A DNA stretch of 64,000 nt from Paludibacteraceae bacterium (GTDB lineage Bacteria; Bacteroidota; Bacteroidia; Bacteroidales; Paludibacteraceae): the NCBI GenBank assembly GCA_028694215.1, contig JAQUTW010000002.1, forward strand, positions 13,915 through 77,914, in the 5' to 3' direction. The position numbers and the translations under genes were made by a program. Below the pieces are notes generated by a model. That model had not been told where the DNA came from. It worked only from the letters and a program-made list of their open reading frames with translations, and searched no databases. Below, piece after piece: positions 10,676-19,533 of the stretch (the first letter of the stretch is position 1; the number at the start of each line of letters is the position of its first letter).

Positions 10676-11734
10676 TTATTTGGGTTTTTGTTGTGCTTTT
10701 TTGAGTGCCTGATAGTAGCGACGAGAATTTTGTTGATGTTGCGACAACGTTGATGCAAAATTATGTTCCCCGTTCAATGTTTCTTTGGCACACATATATA
10801 AATAATTACTTTTTTGATAATTCAGTACGGCATCAATACTTTCTATAGACGGCATTCGTATAGGTCCCGGAGGTAACCCCTTATATTTATAGGTATTATA
10901 AGGTGAGTCAATTTTAGTGTGTTCTTCCAGTATTCGTGTCAGTGAGAAGTCGCCGGAAGCAAATTTTGCAGTAGGGCAGGCCTGTAACGGCATTCCTATT
11001 TTAAGTCGATTAAGATATAAACCTGCAATAATAGGTTTATCTTTTTTTATGTTTGTTTCTTCTTCCACAATAGAAGCTAACGTGGAAACTTCCATTGGCG
11101 TTAAACCTATGACTTTTGCCTTGGCTCTTCTATTTTCATTCCAAAAATGGTTATATTCTGAATATATTCTGTCGAAGAATCTTTTTGCAGGAATATTCCA
11201 ATATAATTCATAGGTATTAGGAATAAAAAGCCCGATAACAGTATATGTATCAACATTATACGTGCCTAAAAAAGCCGTATCGCACAGCAGTTTCATTATT
11301 TCCATGGAGTCCAACATTAATTGATTGCTAATGCTTGAAGCTAATCTTGTTTTCGTCCGTATGTTATTGATAGTAAATCGTACCGGTTTTTGCAACCCCG
11401 ATGCCAAAATAGAAATAAGTTTTTTATTACTCATTCCATCTTGAATTTCGTAGCAACCTGTATGATTAACCGTATAATTTTTTCTTTTTGCCCAATTTTT
11501 AAAAGAAGTACTGTTTCTTATCCATTTCCCTTCTTCCATTTGCATAATAATGTCGTCAATGGTAGTTGTGTCTGCAATATAAAGTAAAGCTTTTTGATTG
11601 GCAGGAACAGAAAAGTTGGGCGCTATGAAAGCGTAATATTGTATTCCGATTGTGACAAGTGCCACAAATGAAAAGCATAAAAGACTGATTAATAGTTTTT
11701 TTGTATTATTTCCAAAATTTAATTTGGCACACAT
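10676..11734 (-). CDS. mltG: Endolytic murein transglycosylase MltG (YceG-like)
   Basis: N-terminal TM anchor, then ASIVEEET, NRLKIGMPLQ.CPT and SPYNTYKYKGLPPGPI motifs. Confidence 0.92.
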   Translation of the reverse strand: MCAKLNFGNNTKKLLISLLCFSFVALVTIGIQYYAFIAPNFSVPANQKALLYIADTTTIDDIIMQMEEGKWIRNSTSFKNWAKRKNYTVNHTGCYEIQDGMSNKKLISILASGLQKPVRFTINNIRTKTRLASSISNQLMLDSMEIMKLLCDTAFLGTYNVDTYTVIGLFIPNTYELYWNIPAKRFFDRIYSEYNHFWNENRRAKAKVIGLTPMEVSTLASIVEEETNIKKDKPIIAGLYLNRLKIGMPLQACPTAKFASGDFSLTRILEEHTKIDSPYNTYKYKGLPPGPIRMPSIESIDAVLNYQKSNYLYMCAKETLNGEHNFASTLSQHQQNSRRYYQALKKAQQKPK

Positions 11735-11820
11735 ATTTCATCTTTTTTCAGTTGGTAAAGATACATATAAGTTTTTTGAAATAAATCTTTTTTTTATTTT
11801 TAATTGTAAGAAAATTAATG

Positions 11821-11828
11821 TATCTTTG
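11821..11828 (+). promoter_or_regulatory. -7 promoter element TATCTTTG for tRNA-Ser
   Basis: Exact match to the Bacteroides -7 consensus TAnnTTTG, 19 nt upstream of the mature tRNA 5' end. Confidence 0.7.
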
Positions 11829-11846
11829 CAACGCTTTTAGCGGAAA

Positions 11847-11933
11847 GGAAGTTTGGGTGAGTGGCTGAAACCACCAGTTTGCTAAACTGACGTACGGGTT
11901 TCCGTACCGGGGGTTCGAATCCCCCAGCTTCCG
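11847..11933 (+). tRNA. tRNA-Ser (anticodon GCU), class II with long variable arm
   Basis: Hand fold: acceptor GGAAGTT/AGCTTCC, anticodon loop TTGCTAA, variable arm GTACGG-GTTT-CCGTAC, T arm GGGGG-TTCGAAT-CCCCC. CCA is not encoded. Confidence 0.9.
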
Positions 11934-11952
11934 CAAAACGACATAAGTTAAT

Positions 11953-11991
11953 AAAAATCAGCCTTTTACACACATAAAAGGCTGATTTTTT
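11953..11991 (+). terminator. Rho-independent terminator after tRNA-Ser
   Basis: 12-bp stem ATCAGCCTTTTA/TAAAAGGCTGAT, 6-nt loop, T6 tail. Confidence 0.85.
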
Positions 11992-12168
11992 ACAAAATTC
12001 TGCCACAGATTTGCCACAAGAATCATTACTTTTATATTTTTTTGTATCGTTGGCAGTAATTGTATTTAGGTTTACTGTATGTGGTACTAAGGAAAAGCGT
12101 GCGGATATTTTCGTCGCTTTTTCCTTTCTTTATTACTGCATTGTTGATATTGGCTGGTTTTTACAGAC

Positions 12169-12176
12169 TATCTTTG
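12169..12176 (+). promoter_or_regulatory. Orphan -7 element TATCTTTG with no CDS downstream
   Basis: Exact motif. It is followed by two hairpins and the 12242-12271 terminator (see findings). Confidence 0.4.
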
Positions 12177-12241
12177 CTGAAAACGCGTTTTGTTGATACT
12201 GAATATAGTTTTGAAAAATTGGTAATGTACATATTACCAAC

Positions 12242-12271
12242 AAAAAAAGCACTTTAAAAAGTGCTTTTTTT
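12242..12271. terminator. Bidirectional hairpin terminator (A7-GCAC...GTGC-T7)
   Basis: AAAAAAAGCACTTTAAAAAGTGCTTTTTTT lies immediately 3' of minus-strand tRNA-Pro. Confidence 0.8.
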
Positions 12272-12275
12272 GTTG

Positions 12276-12348
12276 TCGGGGTGACAGGACTCGAACCTGC
12301 GACCGCCTGGTCCCAAACCAGGAACGCTACCAACTGCGCTACGCCCCG
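12276..12348 (-). tRNA. tRNA-Pro (anticodon UGG)
   Basis: The reverse complement reads CGGGGCG TA GCGC AGTTGGTA GCGT T CCTGG TTTGGGA CCAGG CGGTC GCAGG TTCGAGT CCTGT CACCCCG A. There is one C6.A67 acceptor mismatch. Confidence 0.9.
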
Positions 12349-12440
12349 ATGCGTTTCAAAAACGTCTGCAAAAGTATATTTTTTTATTGGAACTGCCAAA
12401 TAAAAGAAGAAAAACTATTTGAAATTTTGTTTCTATTGTT

Positions 12441-13136
12441 TCAATTGGTTTTCTCTGTCAATAACTTAACTAATTTGGGAAGTCCGATAACAGAATTTTC
12501 TTTGATATGGACAACTTTATTGCGAATGCCGGAAATAGCCGGTTCGCCGGGATCTACGACATAAACAGGCACGTCAGGTTTAATATTGTAGATAAGAGAA
12601 GCCGCAGGATAAACCGCTAATGAAGTGCCCACAACAACAAAAATTTCGGCTGTTTTGGCAATTTCAATAGCTTTATCAAAATAAGGCACAGCTTCGCCAA
12701 AGAACACAATATAAGGGCGCAGCAAAGAACCATCGGGATGACGTGCATCAAGCGACTGCTCCCAACCTTCAATCGGCACAGTGGCTAAATCATCATTGTT
12801 GCTGCGTAGTTTGGTAATTTCGCCATGCAAGTGTAAAATATGCTTAGAACCTGCCCTTTCGTGCAAATTGTCAATATTTTGGGTAATGACCTGTACATCA
12901 AAATAGTTTTCCATATTCTTTATGGCTAAATGTCCTGCATTGGGAGATTTGGATAAAATTTCTTTACGACGTTCATTATAAAATTCAATTACCTTTTTGC
13001 GGTTACGAATCAAAGCTTCCGGCGTGCAAACCTCTTCAATACGGTAATTTGCCCATAACCCGTCACTGTCTCTAAATGTGGCAATACCACTATCGGCAGA
13101 AACTCCTGCACCGGTAAAAACAACCAATCGTTTCAT
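12441..13136 (-). CDS. cobB: NAD-dependent protein deacylase (Sir2 family, CobB)
   Basis: VVFTGAGVSADSGIATFRD, QNIDNLHERAG and HLHG motifs. The track start at 13160 is TTG, so I prefer the ATG at 13136 (MKRLVVFTGAG). Confidence 0.9.
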   Translation of the reverse strand: MKRLVVFTGAGVSADSGIATFRDSDGLWANYRIEEVCTPEALIRNRKKVIEFYNERRKEILSKSPNAGHLAIKNMENYFDVQVITQNIDNLHERAGSKHILHLHGEITKLRSNNDDLATVPIEGWEQSLDARHPDGSLLRPYIVFFGEAVPYFDKAIEIAKTAEIFVVVGTSLAVYPAASLIYNIKPDVPVYVVDPGEPAISGIRNKVVHIKENSVIGLPKLVKLLTEKTN

Positions 13137-13259
13137 GATTATAAAATGTAATGTATGCAAAAGTACGATTTTTTTATTGTTTTAGACCGTATTAATAATG
13201 TATATTTTACTTGTTGATAAAAATCAAAAAATATGTTTTTCTATTCCAAAATAGAGTTG

Positions 13260-13267
13260 TATCTTTG
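13260..13267 (+). promoter_or_regulatory. -7 element TATCTTTG for gcvP
   Basis: Exact motif, ending 25 nt before the ATG at 13292. Confidence 0.65.
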
Positions 13268-13291
13268 TGAATATTTTCAAAAAAGCGTTTA

Positions 13292-16126
13292 ATGGAACAG
13301 TTTTATTCCCGCCATATAGGCATAACTCCCGAAGATACTACGAAAATGTTGGAAACCATAGGAGTCGCTTCGTTAGACGATTTAATACGGCAAACCATTC
13401 CCAATAATATTTTACGTTCCAATGCAATGAACCTGCCTCAGGCAATGAGCGAATGGAATTTCTTGAATCATATTCATAAGCTGGCATGTAAAAATGAGCT
13501 TTTCGATAATTATATCGGATTAGGTTATTACGGAACGGCAACTCCTTCTGTTATTGTGCGTAACGTATTTGAAAATCCCGTTTGGTACACATCATACACA
13601 CCTTATCAGGCAGAAATTTCACAAGGACGTTTAGAAGCATTATTTAACTTTCAGACTGTAATTTGCGATTTAACAGCCATGCCGTTGGCAAACTGCTCTT
13701 TGTTAGATGAGGCCACTGCTGCTGCCGAAGCCATGACTATGATGTTTCGTTTAAGAAACAGAGAACAACAAAAACAAGGCGTTACTACATTATTGATCGA
13801 CAAAAATATTTTTCCACAAACATTATCGGTTTTAAAAAACAGAGCATTATCGCAAGATATTGATTTGCTGGTAACGGACATAACAACTTTTCAATTTGAT
13901 GTGCCGGTTTTCGGAGCAATTGTACAATATCCGGACGAACGAGGCTTAATTTGTGATTATTCTGCTTTTTGTACTCAATGCCACGACAAAGGTGCAAAAT
14001 TGACAGCCATCGCCGATTTAATGAGCTTAATATTGTTAATTCCACCGGGAGAATGGAATGCAGATATTGTTGTGGGAACAACACAGCGTTTTGGTTTACC
14101 TATGGGTTATGGCGGACCTTCTGCTGCTTATATGGCTACTCGTGAAGAATTTAAACGTGATATTCCTGGTCGCATTGTCGGTTTGTCACAAGATTCAGCC
14201 GGAAAACCGGCTTATCGTTTGGCATTGCAAATGCGCGAACAACATATTAAGCGTGAAAAAGCAACTTCTAATATTTGTACAGCACAGGCTTTACCTGCTA
14301 TTATGGCAGGATTTTATGCCGTTTATAACGGAGCAGAAGGACTTTTGGATATTGCAATTTCCATTCATTTAAAGGCGGTATATTTAGAATCGCAATTGAG
14401 AAAATTAGGGTATAGTCAGTTGAACAAATATTATTTTGATACTTTACAAATTACTATTCCACAGGAAGTTACGATATGTGATTTGCGTTGTAAATTAGAA
14501 GATAATCATATCAATGTACGTTATATTGATAACACGACAATTGGCATCAGTATTGACGAAACAACTTCAACTACAGCTTTGACAAAACTTATTCGATTAT
14601 TTGCCGACTTGGTGCATCAACCAATAGAAAAACTTGATGTACAGAATGTTGAAGAAATGCACATACAGAACCTTTTCCTGCGCAAATCGTCTTTCTTGAC
14701 AGATGAGGTTTTCAAAAAATATCATTCTGAAACAGAAATGATGCGTTACATCAAACGATTGGAAAGAAAAGATATTTCACTTACTCATTCCATGATTCCG
14801 TTAGGTTCGTGTACCATGAAACTGAATGCTGCTTCGGAAATGTTGCCAACCGTTTGGATGGAATTTTTAAACCAACATCCGTTTGAACCACGTAATCAAG
14901 TACAAGGATATAACGAACTGATAAACAATCTTTCAGGGTATTTGGCTGAAATAACAGGCTTCGCTGCAGTAAACCTGCAACCAACATCAGGTGCAGCCGG
15001 TGAATATACAGGATTGATAACCATCAAAAATTATCTTCAATCCAAAGGAGAATCGCAACGTGTAAAAATGTTGATTCCGGCGTCAGCACACGGAACCAAT
15101 CCGGCAAGTGCTGCACAAGCAGGTTTCTCGGTTATTGTTACTAACTGTGATGATAATGGCAATGTTGACGTGGCAGATTTAAAACAGAAAGCCGAAGAAA
15201 ATAGAAATGAATTAGCAGGCTTAATGATTACCTATCCGTCCACACATGGTATCTTTGAACCTGAAATACGTGAAATTTGCAAAATCATTCACAACAATGG
15301 CGGACAAGTGTTTATGGACGGAGCCAATATGAATGGTCAGGTAGGACTAACTTCGCCCGGACAGATAGGTGCAGATGTTTGCCATCTTAATTTGCATAAA
15401 ACTTTTGCAAGTCCGCATGGAGGAGGAGGCCCCGGAGTTGGTGCCATTGCTGTTTCCGAACATTTAAAACCATTCATGCCACAACATATTTTTACAAATG
15501 AAAAGGCAGAATATAATGCAGTAAGTGCGGCACCTTGGGGTAATGCATCATTATTGCCTATAACGTATGGTTATATTCGTATGATGGGTGCCGAAGGATT
15601 GGTGCTTGCCACTAAAACAGCAATTCTGAATGCCAATTATTTAGCAAAAAGATTGGAAAAATATTACGGCATAGTTTATACGGGAGCCACCGGACGAGTA
15701 GGGCACGAACTGATTTTAGATTGTCGACCGTTTAAAACAATAGGTGTTACAGAAACAGATATTGCCAAACGTTTAATGGATTATGGTTTCCACGCACCTA
15801 CATTGTCATTCCCTGTACATGGCACATTGATGATAGAGCCGACAGAAAGCGAAAGTTTGGCAGAGTTAGATCGTTTTGTTGATGCTATGCTTGCCATTCG
15901 TTCAGAAATTACAGAAATAGCAGAAGGGAAAGCAGACCCGATAAATAATGTATTAGTTAATGCGCCACATCCCGAATATAAAGTTGCCGCAGATACATGG
16001 AATTACCCATATAGCCGTCAAAAAGCTGCATTTCCGATGGAGTGGGTAGCCGAAAATAAATTTTGGATTCCGGTAGGACGTGTGGATAATGGCGCAGGAG
16101 ACAGAAATCTAATTTGTAAACGATAA
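13292..16126 (+). CDS. gcvP: Glycine dehydrogenase (decarboxylating), glycine cleavage P protein
   Basis: 944 aa, with YTPYQAEISQGRLEAL and the PLP lysine context HLNLHKTFASPHGGGGPG. Confidence 0.97.
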   Translation: MEQFYSRHIGITPEDTTKMLETIGVASLDDLIRQTIPNNILRSNAMNLPQAMSEWNFLNHIHKLACKNELFDNYIGLGYYGTATPSVIVRNVFENPVWYTSYTPYQAEISQGRLEALFNFQTVICDLTAMPLANCSLLDEATAAAEAMTMMFRLRNREQQKQGVTTLLIDKNIFPQTLSVLKNRALSQDIDLLVTDITTFQFDVPVFGAIVQYPDERGLICDYSAFCTQCHDKGAKLTAIADLMSLILLIPPGEWNADIVVGTTQRFGLPMGYGGPSAAYMATREEFKRDIPGRIVGLSQDSAGKPAYRLALQMREQHIKREKATSNICTAQALPAIMAGFYAVYNGAEGLLDIAISIHLKAVYLESQLRKLGYSQLNKYYFDTLQITIPQEVTICDLRCKLEDNHINVRYIDNTTIGISIDETTSTTALTKLIRLFADLVHQPIEKLDVQNVEEMHIQNLFLRKSSFLTDEVFKKYHSETEMMRYIKRLERKDISLTHSMIPLGSCTMKLNAASEMLPTVWMEFLNQHPFEPRNQVQGYNELINNLSGYLAEITGFAAVNLQPTSGAAGEYTGLITIKNYLQSKGESQRVKMLIPASAHGTNPASAAQAGFSVIVTNCDDNGNVDVADLKQKAEENRNELAGLMITYPSTHGIFEPEIREICKIIHNNGGQVFMDGANMNGQVGLTSPGQIGADVCHLNLHKTFASPHGGGGPGVGAIAVSEHLKPFMPQHIFTNEKAEYNAVSAAPWGNASLLPITYGYIRMMGAEGLVLATKTAILNANYLAKRLEKYYGIVYTGATGRVGHELILDCRPFKTIGVTETDIAKRLMDYGFHAPTLSFPVHGTLMIEPTESESLAELDRFVDAMLAIRSEITEIAEGKADPINNVLVNAPHPEYKVAADTWNYPYSRQKAAFPMEWVAENKFWIPVGRVDNGAGDRNLICKR

Positions 16127-16137
16127 ATTCTTTTTTT

Positions 16138-17397
16138 ATGAAACACACTTGTCTTATATTAGTTGTGGTAATGGCTCTTTTTAATTGTTGCCAACATGAA
16201 GTGGTAAAGCCTCAGGTTTTTACAACACCGGAAAATTCTTCCGGATTCTACAAAGAGCGTTTAAATAGAATAGACAGTGCTTTTCAACGCGCTGTTGATG
16301 ACGGGCTTATGCCTCATGCTGTTACGTTTGTCGCTCAAAATGGTGAAATTGTTCACTACAAAGCGTTTGGATATCGCGATATAGAAAAGAAAATTCCTTG
16401 TCAGAAAGACGATATTTTCCGTATGGCTTCACAAACAAAAGCCATTGCTGTCGTAGGATTAATGACGCTGTTTGAAGAAGGACGTTTCCAATTGGATGAA
16501 CCAATTAAAAAATATATTCCTGCGTTTGAAAATCCGCAAGTGTTGGTAACATACAATGCCAAAGATACCACTTACACAACACGTCCGGCAAAACGCGATA
16601 TCACAATTCGTGATTTAATGACACATACATCCGGAATTTCTTATGGAGGAAATCATTGGGCAATAATGGCAAAAGCGAATGTGCCACCATTAAATACTTT
16701 AGAACCGTATTCGCTTGGTGAAGTGATTGACAGATTAGCAAAACTTCCATTGGCACATGATCCCGGTGAACAATTTACATATAGCATGAATATTGAAGTT
16801 TTGGGACGCTTGTCTGAAATTTTATCAGGTCAATCGATTGACGTATTTTTGAAAGAACGCATTTTTGAACCTCTTGGAATGAAGGATACTTATTTCTATT
16901 TACCGGAAGACAAAGCCGACCGTTTGGTTACCCTATATACTTATCCGGAGGGAGGAAAGTTGCAACGCAGTGAGCACCCCATTCATCAAACTTATCCAAT
17001 AGCAGGAGCCAAAACATTTTGCAGCACCGGTGCCGGTTTGAGTGGAACGATAGAAGATTACGCCAAGTTTTGCCAAATGATTCTGAACGAAGGAGAATTT
17101 AACGGTCACCGCATTCTTGGACGTAAAACCATCGAACTGATGAAGCAAAATAACGTCAAAGATTTACGTGGCGATATTGGCTTTGGCTTGGCTTGGGATG
17201 TATTTCGTCCACAATATGCCTACAAAAATATTATTTCAGAAGGATCTTCTCGTTGGGGAGGCATGTTTGGCACTGATTATGTAATAGACCCGAAAGAAAA
17301 TTTGATAGTATTGATGTATGTCAATTTGCAGCCTAATTTTAGCGGACTGAACCCCAAAACGCTCATGCATAATGTAACTTATCAAGCATTAAAATAA
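16138..17397 (+). CDS. Serine hydrolase of the beta-lactamase/esterase family; probable lipoprotein
   Basis: SxxK motif (ASQTK), YSMN (YxN), and an N-terminal LFNCC lipobox-like signal. Confidence 0.8.
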   Translation: MKHTCLILVVVMALFNCCQHEVVKPQVFTTPENSSGFYKERLNRIDSAFQRAVDDGLMPHAVTFVAQNGEIVHYKAFGYRDIEKKIPCQKDDIFRMASQTKAIAVVGLMTLFEEGRFQLDEPIKKYIPAFENPQVLVTYNAKDTTYTTRPAKRDITIRDLMTHTSGISYGGNHWAIMAKANVPPLNTLEPYSLGEVIDRLAKLPLAHDPGEQFTYSMNIEVLGRLSEILSGQSIDVFLKERIFEPLGMKDTYFYLPEDKADRLVTLYTYPEGGKLQRSEHPIHQTYPIAGAKTFCSTGAGLSGTIEDYAKFCQMILNEGEFNGHRILGRKTIELMKQNNVKDLRGDIGFGLAWDVFRPQYAYKNIISEGSSRWGGMFGTDYVIDPKENLIVLMYVNLQPNFSGLNPKTLMHNVTYQALK

Positions 17398-17415
17398 TTT
17401 TCAACGACAATTCTT

Positions 17416-18189
17416 ATGATTTTAAATCTCGAACAATTTAACGGATTGCTAATTATTATGGCAATTACCGCACTAATCGTTTTTATTGGACTTTATTATG
17501 TAGAAGCAGGCTATGGTAAAATGATTTCCAATAAATGGGGACCAGCCATCAATAACAAATTAGCATGGTTTTTAATGGAATGTCCGGTTTTCTTTGTTTT
17601 ATTATATTTTTGGGCTCATTCATCTCGTCAGTGGGATATTGTGCCACTCATATTTTTCTTATTGTTTGAATTACACTATTTTCAACGTTCATTCATTTTC
17701 CCGTTTTTACTGAAAGGTAAAGGCAAAATGCCTGTTTCGATTATGGCAATGGGAATATTGTTTAATACCATTAACGGTTATATGCAGGGAGAATGGATTT
17801 TCTTCTTGTCGCCGGACGGTATGTATTCGCCCGAATGGCTAAAAACGCCTCAATTCATAATTGGTACAATTCTGTTTATACTTGGTATGTTCATTAATAT
17901 GCACAGTGATTATGTAATTCGTCATTTACGTGTAAAAGGCGATACAAAACACTATTTACCCAAAAAAGGTATGTACAAATATGTAACATCAGCCAACTAT
18001 TTTGGTGAAATTGTTGAGTGGATTGGTTTTACCATTCTAACCTGGAGCTGGTCTGGTGCCATGTTTGCTATTTGGACAATGGCCAATCTCGTACCGCGAG
18101 CCAATTCCATTTACAAAAAGTATAAAAAAGAGTTTGGCGACGAATTTTACGAACGTCCTCTTAAACGCATTTTCCCATTCATTTATTGA
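17416..18189 (+). CDS. 3-oxo-5-alpha-steroid 4-dehydrogenase (steroid 5-alpha-reductase) family membrane protein
   Basis: Polytopic membrane protein. The C-terminal YKYVTSANYFGEIVEWIGFTILTWS matches the SRD5A C-terminal domain signature. Confidence 0.75.
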   Translation: MILNLEQFNGLLIIMAITALIVFIGLYYVEAGYGKMISNKWGPAINNKLAWFLMECPVFFVLLYFWAHSSRQWDIVPLIFFLLFELHYFQRSFIFPFLLKGKGKMPVSIMAMGILFNTINGYMQGEWIFFLSPDGMYSPEWLKTPQFIIGTILFILGMFINMHSDYVIRHLRVKGDTKHYLPKKGMYKYVTSANYFGEIVEWIGFTILTWSWSGAMFAIWTMANLVPRANSIYKKYKKEFGDEFYERPLKRIFPFIY

Positions 18190-18212
18190 TTAAATCTTGA
18201 AATTAACTAACA

Positions 18213-19445
18213 ATGGATTCTAAGCTTTTTACATCTTATAAACTCGGTCCAATTGAATTGCGTAATCGCACTATACGATCTGCTGCTTTTGAAAATATGG
18301 CCTACGGAAACAAACCTTCCGAGGATCTTAAAAAATATCACGTTAGTGTAGCCAAAGGCGGCGTTGGCATGACTACCGTTGCCTATTGCGCCGTCGATCG
18401 CTCAGGTGTCTCATTCGACGGACAACTCTATGTACATGATGAGATAAAACCCGATTTAAAAAAACTCACCGATGCCATTCACGCCGAAGGAGCCAAGGTG
18501 AGCATTCAGCTTGGTCATTGCGGTAATATGACTCACTTCTACACTTGCGGTTATCAAATTCCGGTAGGTGCCTCTTCCGGTATCAATTTATATTCGCCAA
18601 CCATTGTACGCGGGCTAAAAAAGGACGAAATAAAAACCATTGTCAAACACTTTGGCGAAGCGGTCGATTTTTGCCGCGAATGTGGTTTCGACTGTATCGA
18701 AATTCATGCCGGACACGGCTATCTGATTTCGCAATTCATTTCGCCTTACACCAATCACCGCCACGATGAATATGGTGGCAGTTTGGAAAACCGTATGCGG
18801 TTTATGAATGAAGTACTCGACGAAGTGATGTTGCATGCCAAAGACGATATGGCGGTAGTGGTAAAAACCAATATGTACGACGGGGTCAAAAGTGGTATGC
18901 AAGTGCCTGACTGTATTACTGTAGCCAAGGAAATCGAGAAACACGGCGTACACGGCATTGTGTTATCGGCCGGATTTGTGAGCAAAGCGCCTATGGTTGT
19001 AATGGGCGGTGCCATGCCTATTAAAACGTTGGCGTATTACATGCCGATGAAAACCTTTTGGTGGCTCAAAGCGGCACTTCACATGGTTGGTAAAATAATG
19101 ATTCCGCCTGTAAAATTCAAAGAACTCTTCTTTCTCGACACTGCCAAACAATTCCGTCAAGCACTGAAGATGCCAATTATCTATGTGGGCGGCGTGCAAA
19201 GTCGTGCCAACTGCGAAACGGTATTAAACGAAGGTTTCGACCTCATACAAATGGCACACGTGCTGATAGAAGACCCCGCCTTTGTGAATCACATGCAGGA
19301 AGATGAAAATTTGCACTCGCAATGCAAACGCTCCAACTACTGTGTAGGACGCATGTACACACTCGAAATGAAATGCCACAAATGTGTGGAAAATATGCCT
19401 GCCAAATTGCAAAAGGAAATAGACAAGGCAGAAAAAACAATGTAA
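18213..19445 (+). CDS. NADH:flavin oxidoreductase, Old Yellow Enzyme family (2,4-dienoyl-CoA/enoate-reductase-like N-domain)
   Basis: LRNRTIRSA, IQLGHCG and EIHAGHGYLISQFISPYTNHRHDEYGGSLENR motifs, plus a C-terminal Cys cluster CKRSNYCVGR...CHKC. Confidence 0.85.
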   Translation: MDSKLFTSYKLGPIELRNRTIRSAAFENMAYGNKPSEDLKKYHVSVAKGGVGMTTVAYCAVDRSGVSFDGQLYVHDEIKPDLKKLTDAIHAEGAKVSIQLGHCGNMTHFYTCGYQIPVGASSGINLYSPTIVRGLKKDEIKTIVKHFGEAVDFCRECGFDCIEIHAGHGYLISQFISPYTNHRHDEYGGSLENRMRFMNEVLDEVMLHAKDDMAVVVKTNMYDGVKSGMQVPDCITVAKEIEKHGVHGIVLSAGFVSKAPMVVMGGAMPIKTLAYYMPMKTFWWLKAALHMVGKIMIPPVKFKELFFLDTAKQFRQALKMPIIYVGGVQSRANCETVLNEGFDLIQMAHVLIEDPAFVNHMQEDENLHSQCKRSNYCVGRMYTLEMKCHKCVENMPAKLQKEIDKAEKTM

Positions 19446-19460
19446 CGTATCTTACCTATA

Positions 19461-19497
19461 ACGAAGCCGGAATTTTCAATCAAAATTCCGGCTTCGT
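19461..19497. terminator. Bidirectional terminator between convergent genes
   Basis: Perfect 16-bp stem ACGAAGCCGGAATTTT/AAAATTCCGGCTTCGT with a 5-nt loop. Confidence 0.85.
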
Positions 19498-19533
19498 TGT
19501 GTTTTTATATTTGAGGTTATCTGGCTCAAAAAT

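Noticed and set aside
11748-12399. Five small ORFs (61-88 aa) overlapping the two tRNA genes and the spacer between them
   Set aside because: Strings such as GGFEPP and LGDSNPR are the usual artefact of translating a tRNA T-arm. None of the ORFs has coding features.
13161-13291. Glycine riboswitch expected upstream of gcvP
   Set aside because: The region is A/T-rich and has none of the conserved GGAGAG...CACCG...CUCUGGAGAG elements. Only a -7 promoter motif is present.
18545-19440. Cluster of six overlapping alternative-frame ORFs (74-112 aa)
   Set aside because: They are a by-product of the locally high GC of the OYE gene, where stop codons are few, and are not independent genes.
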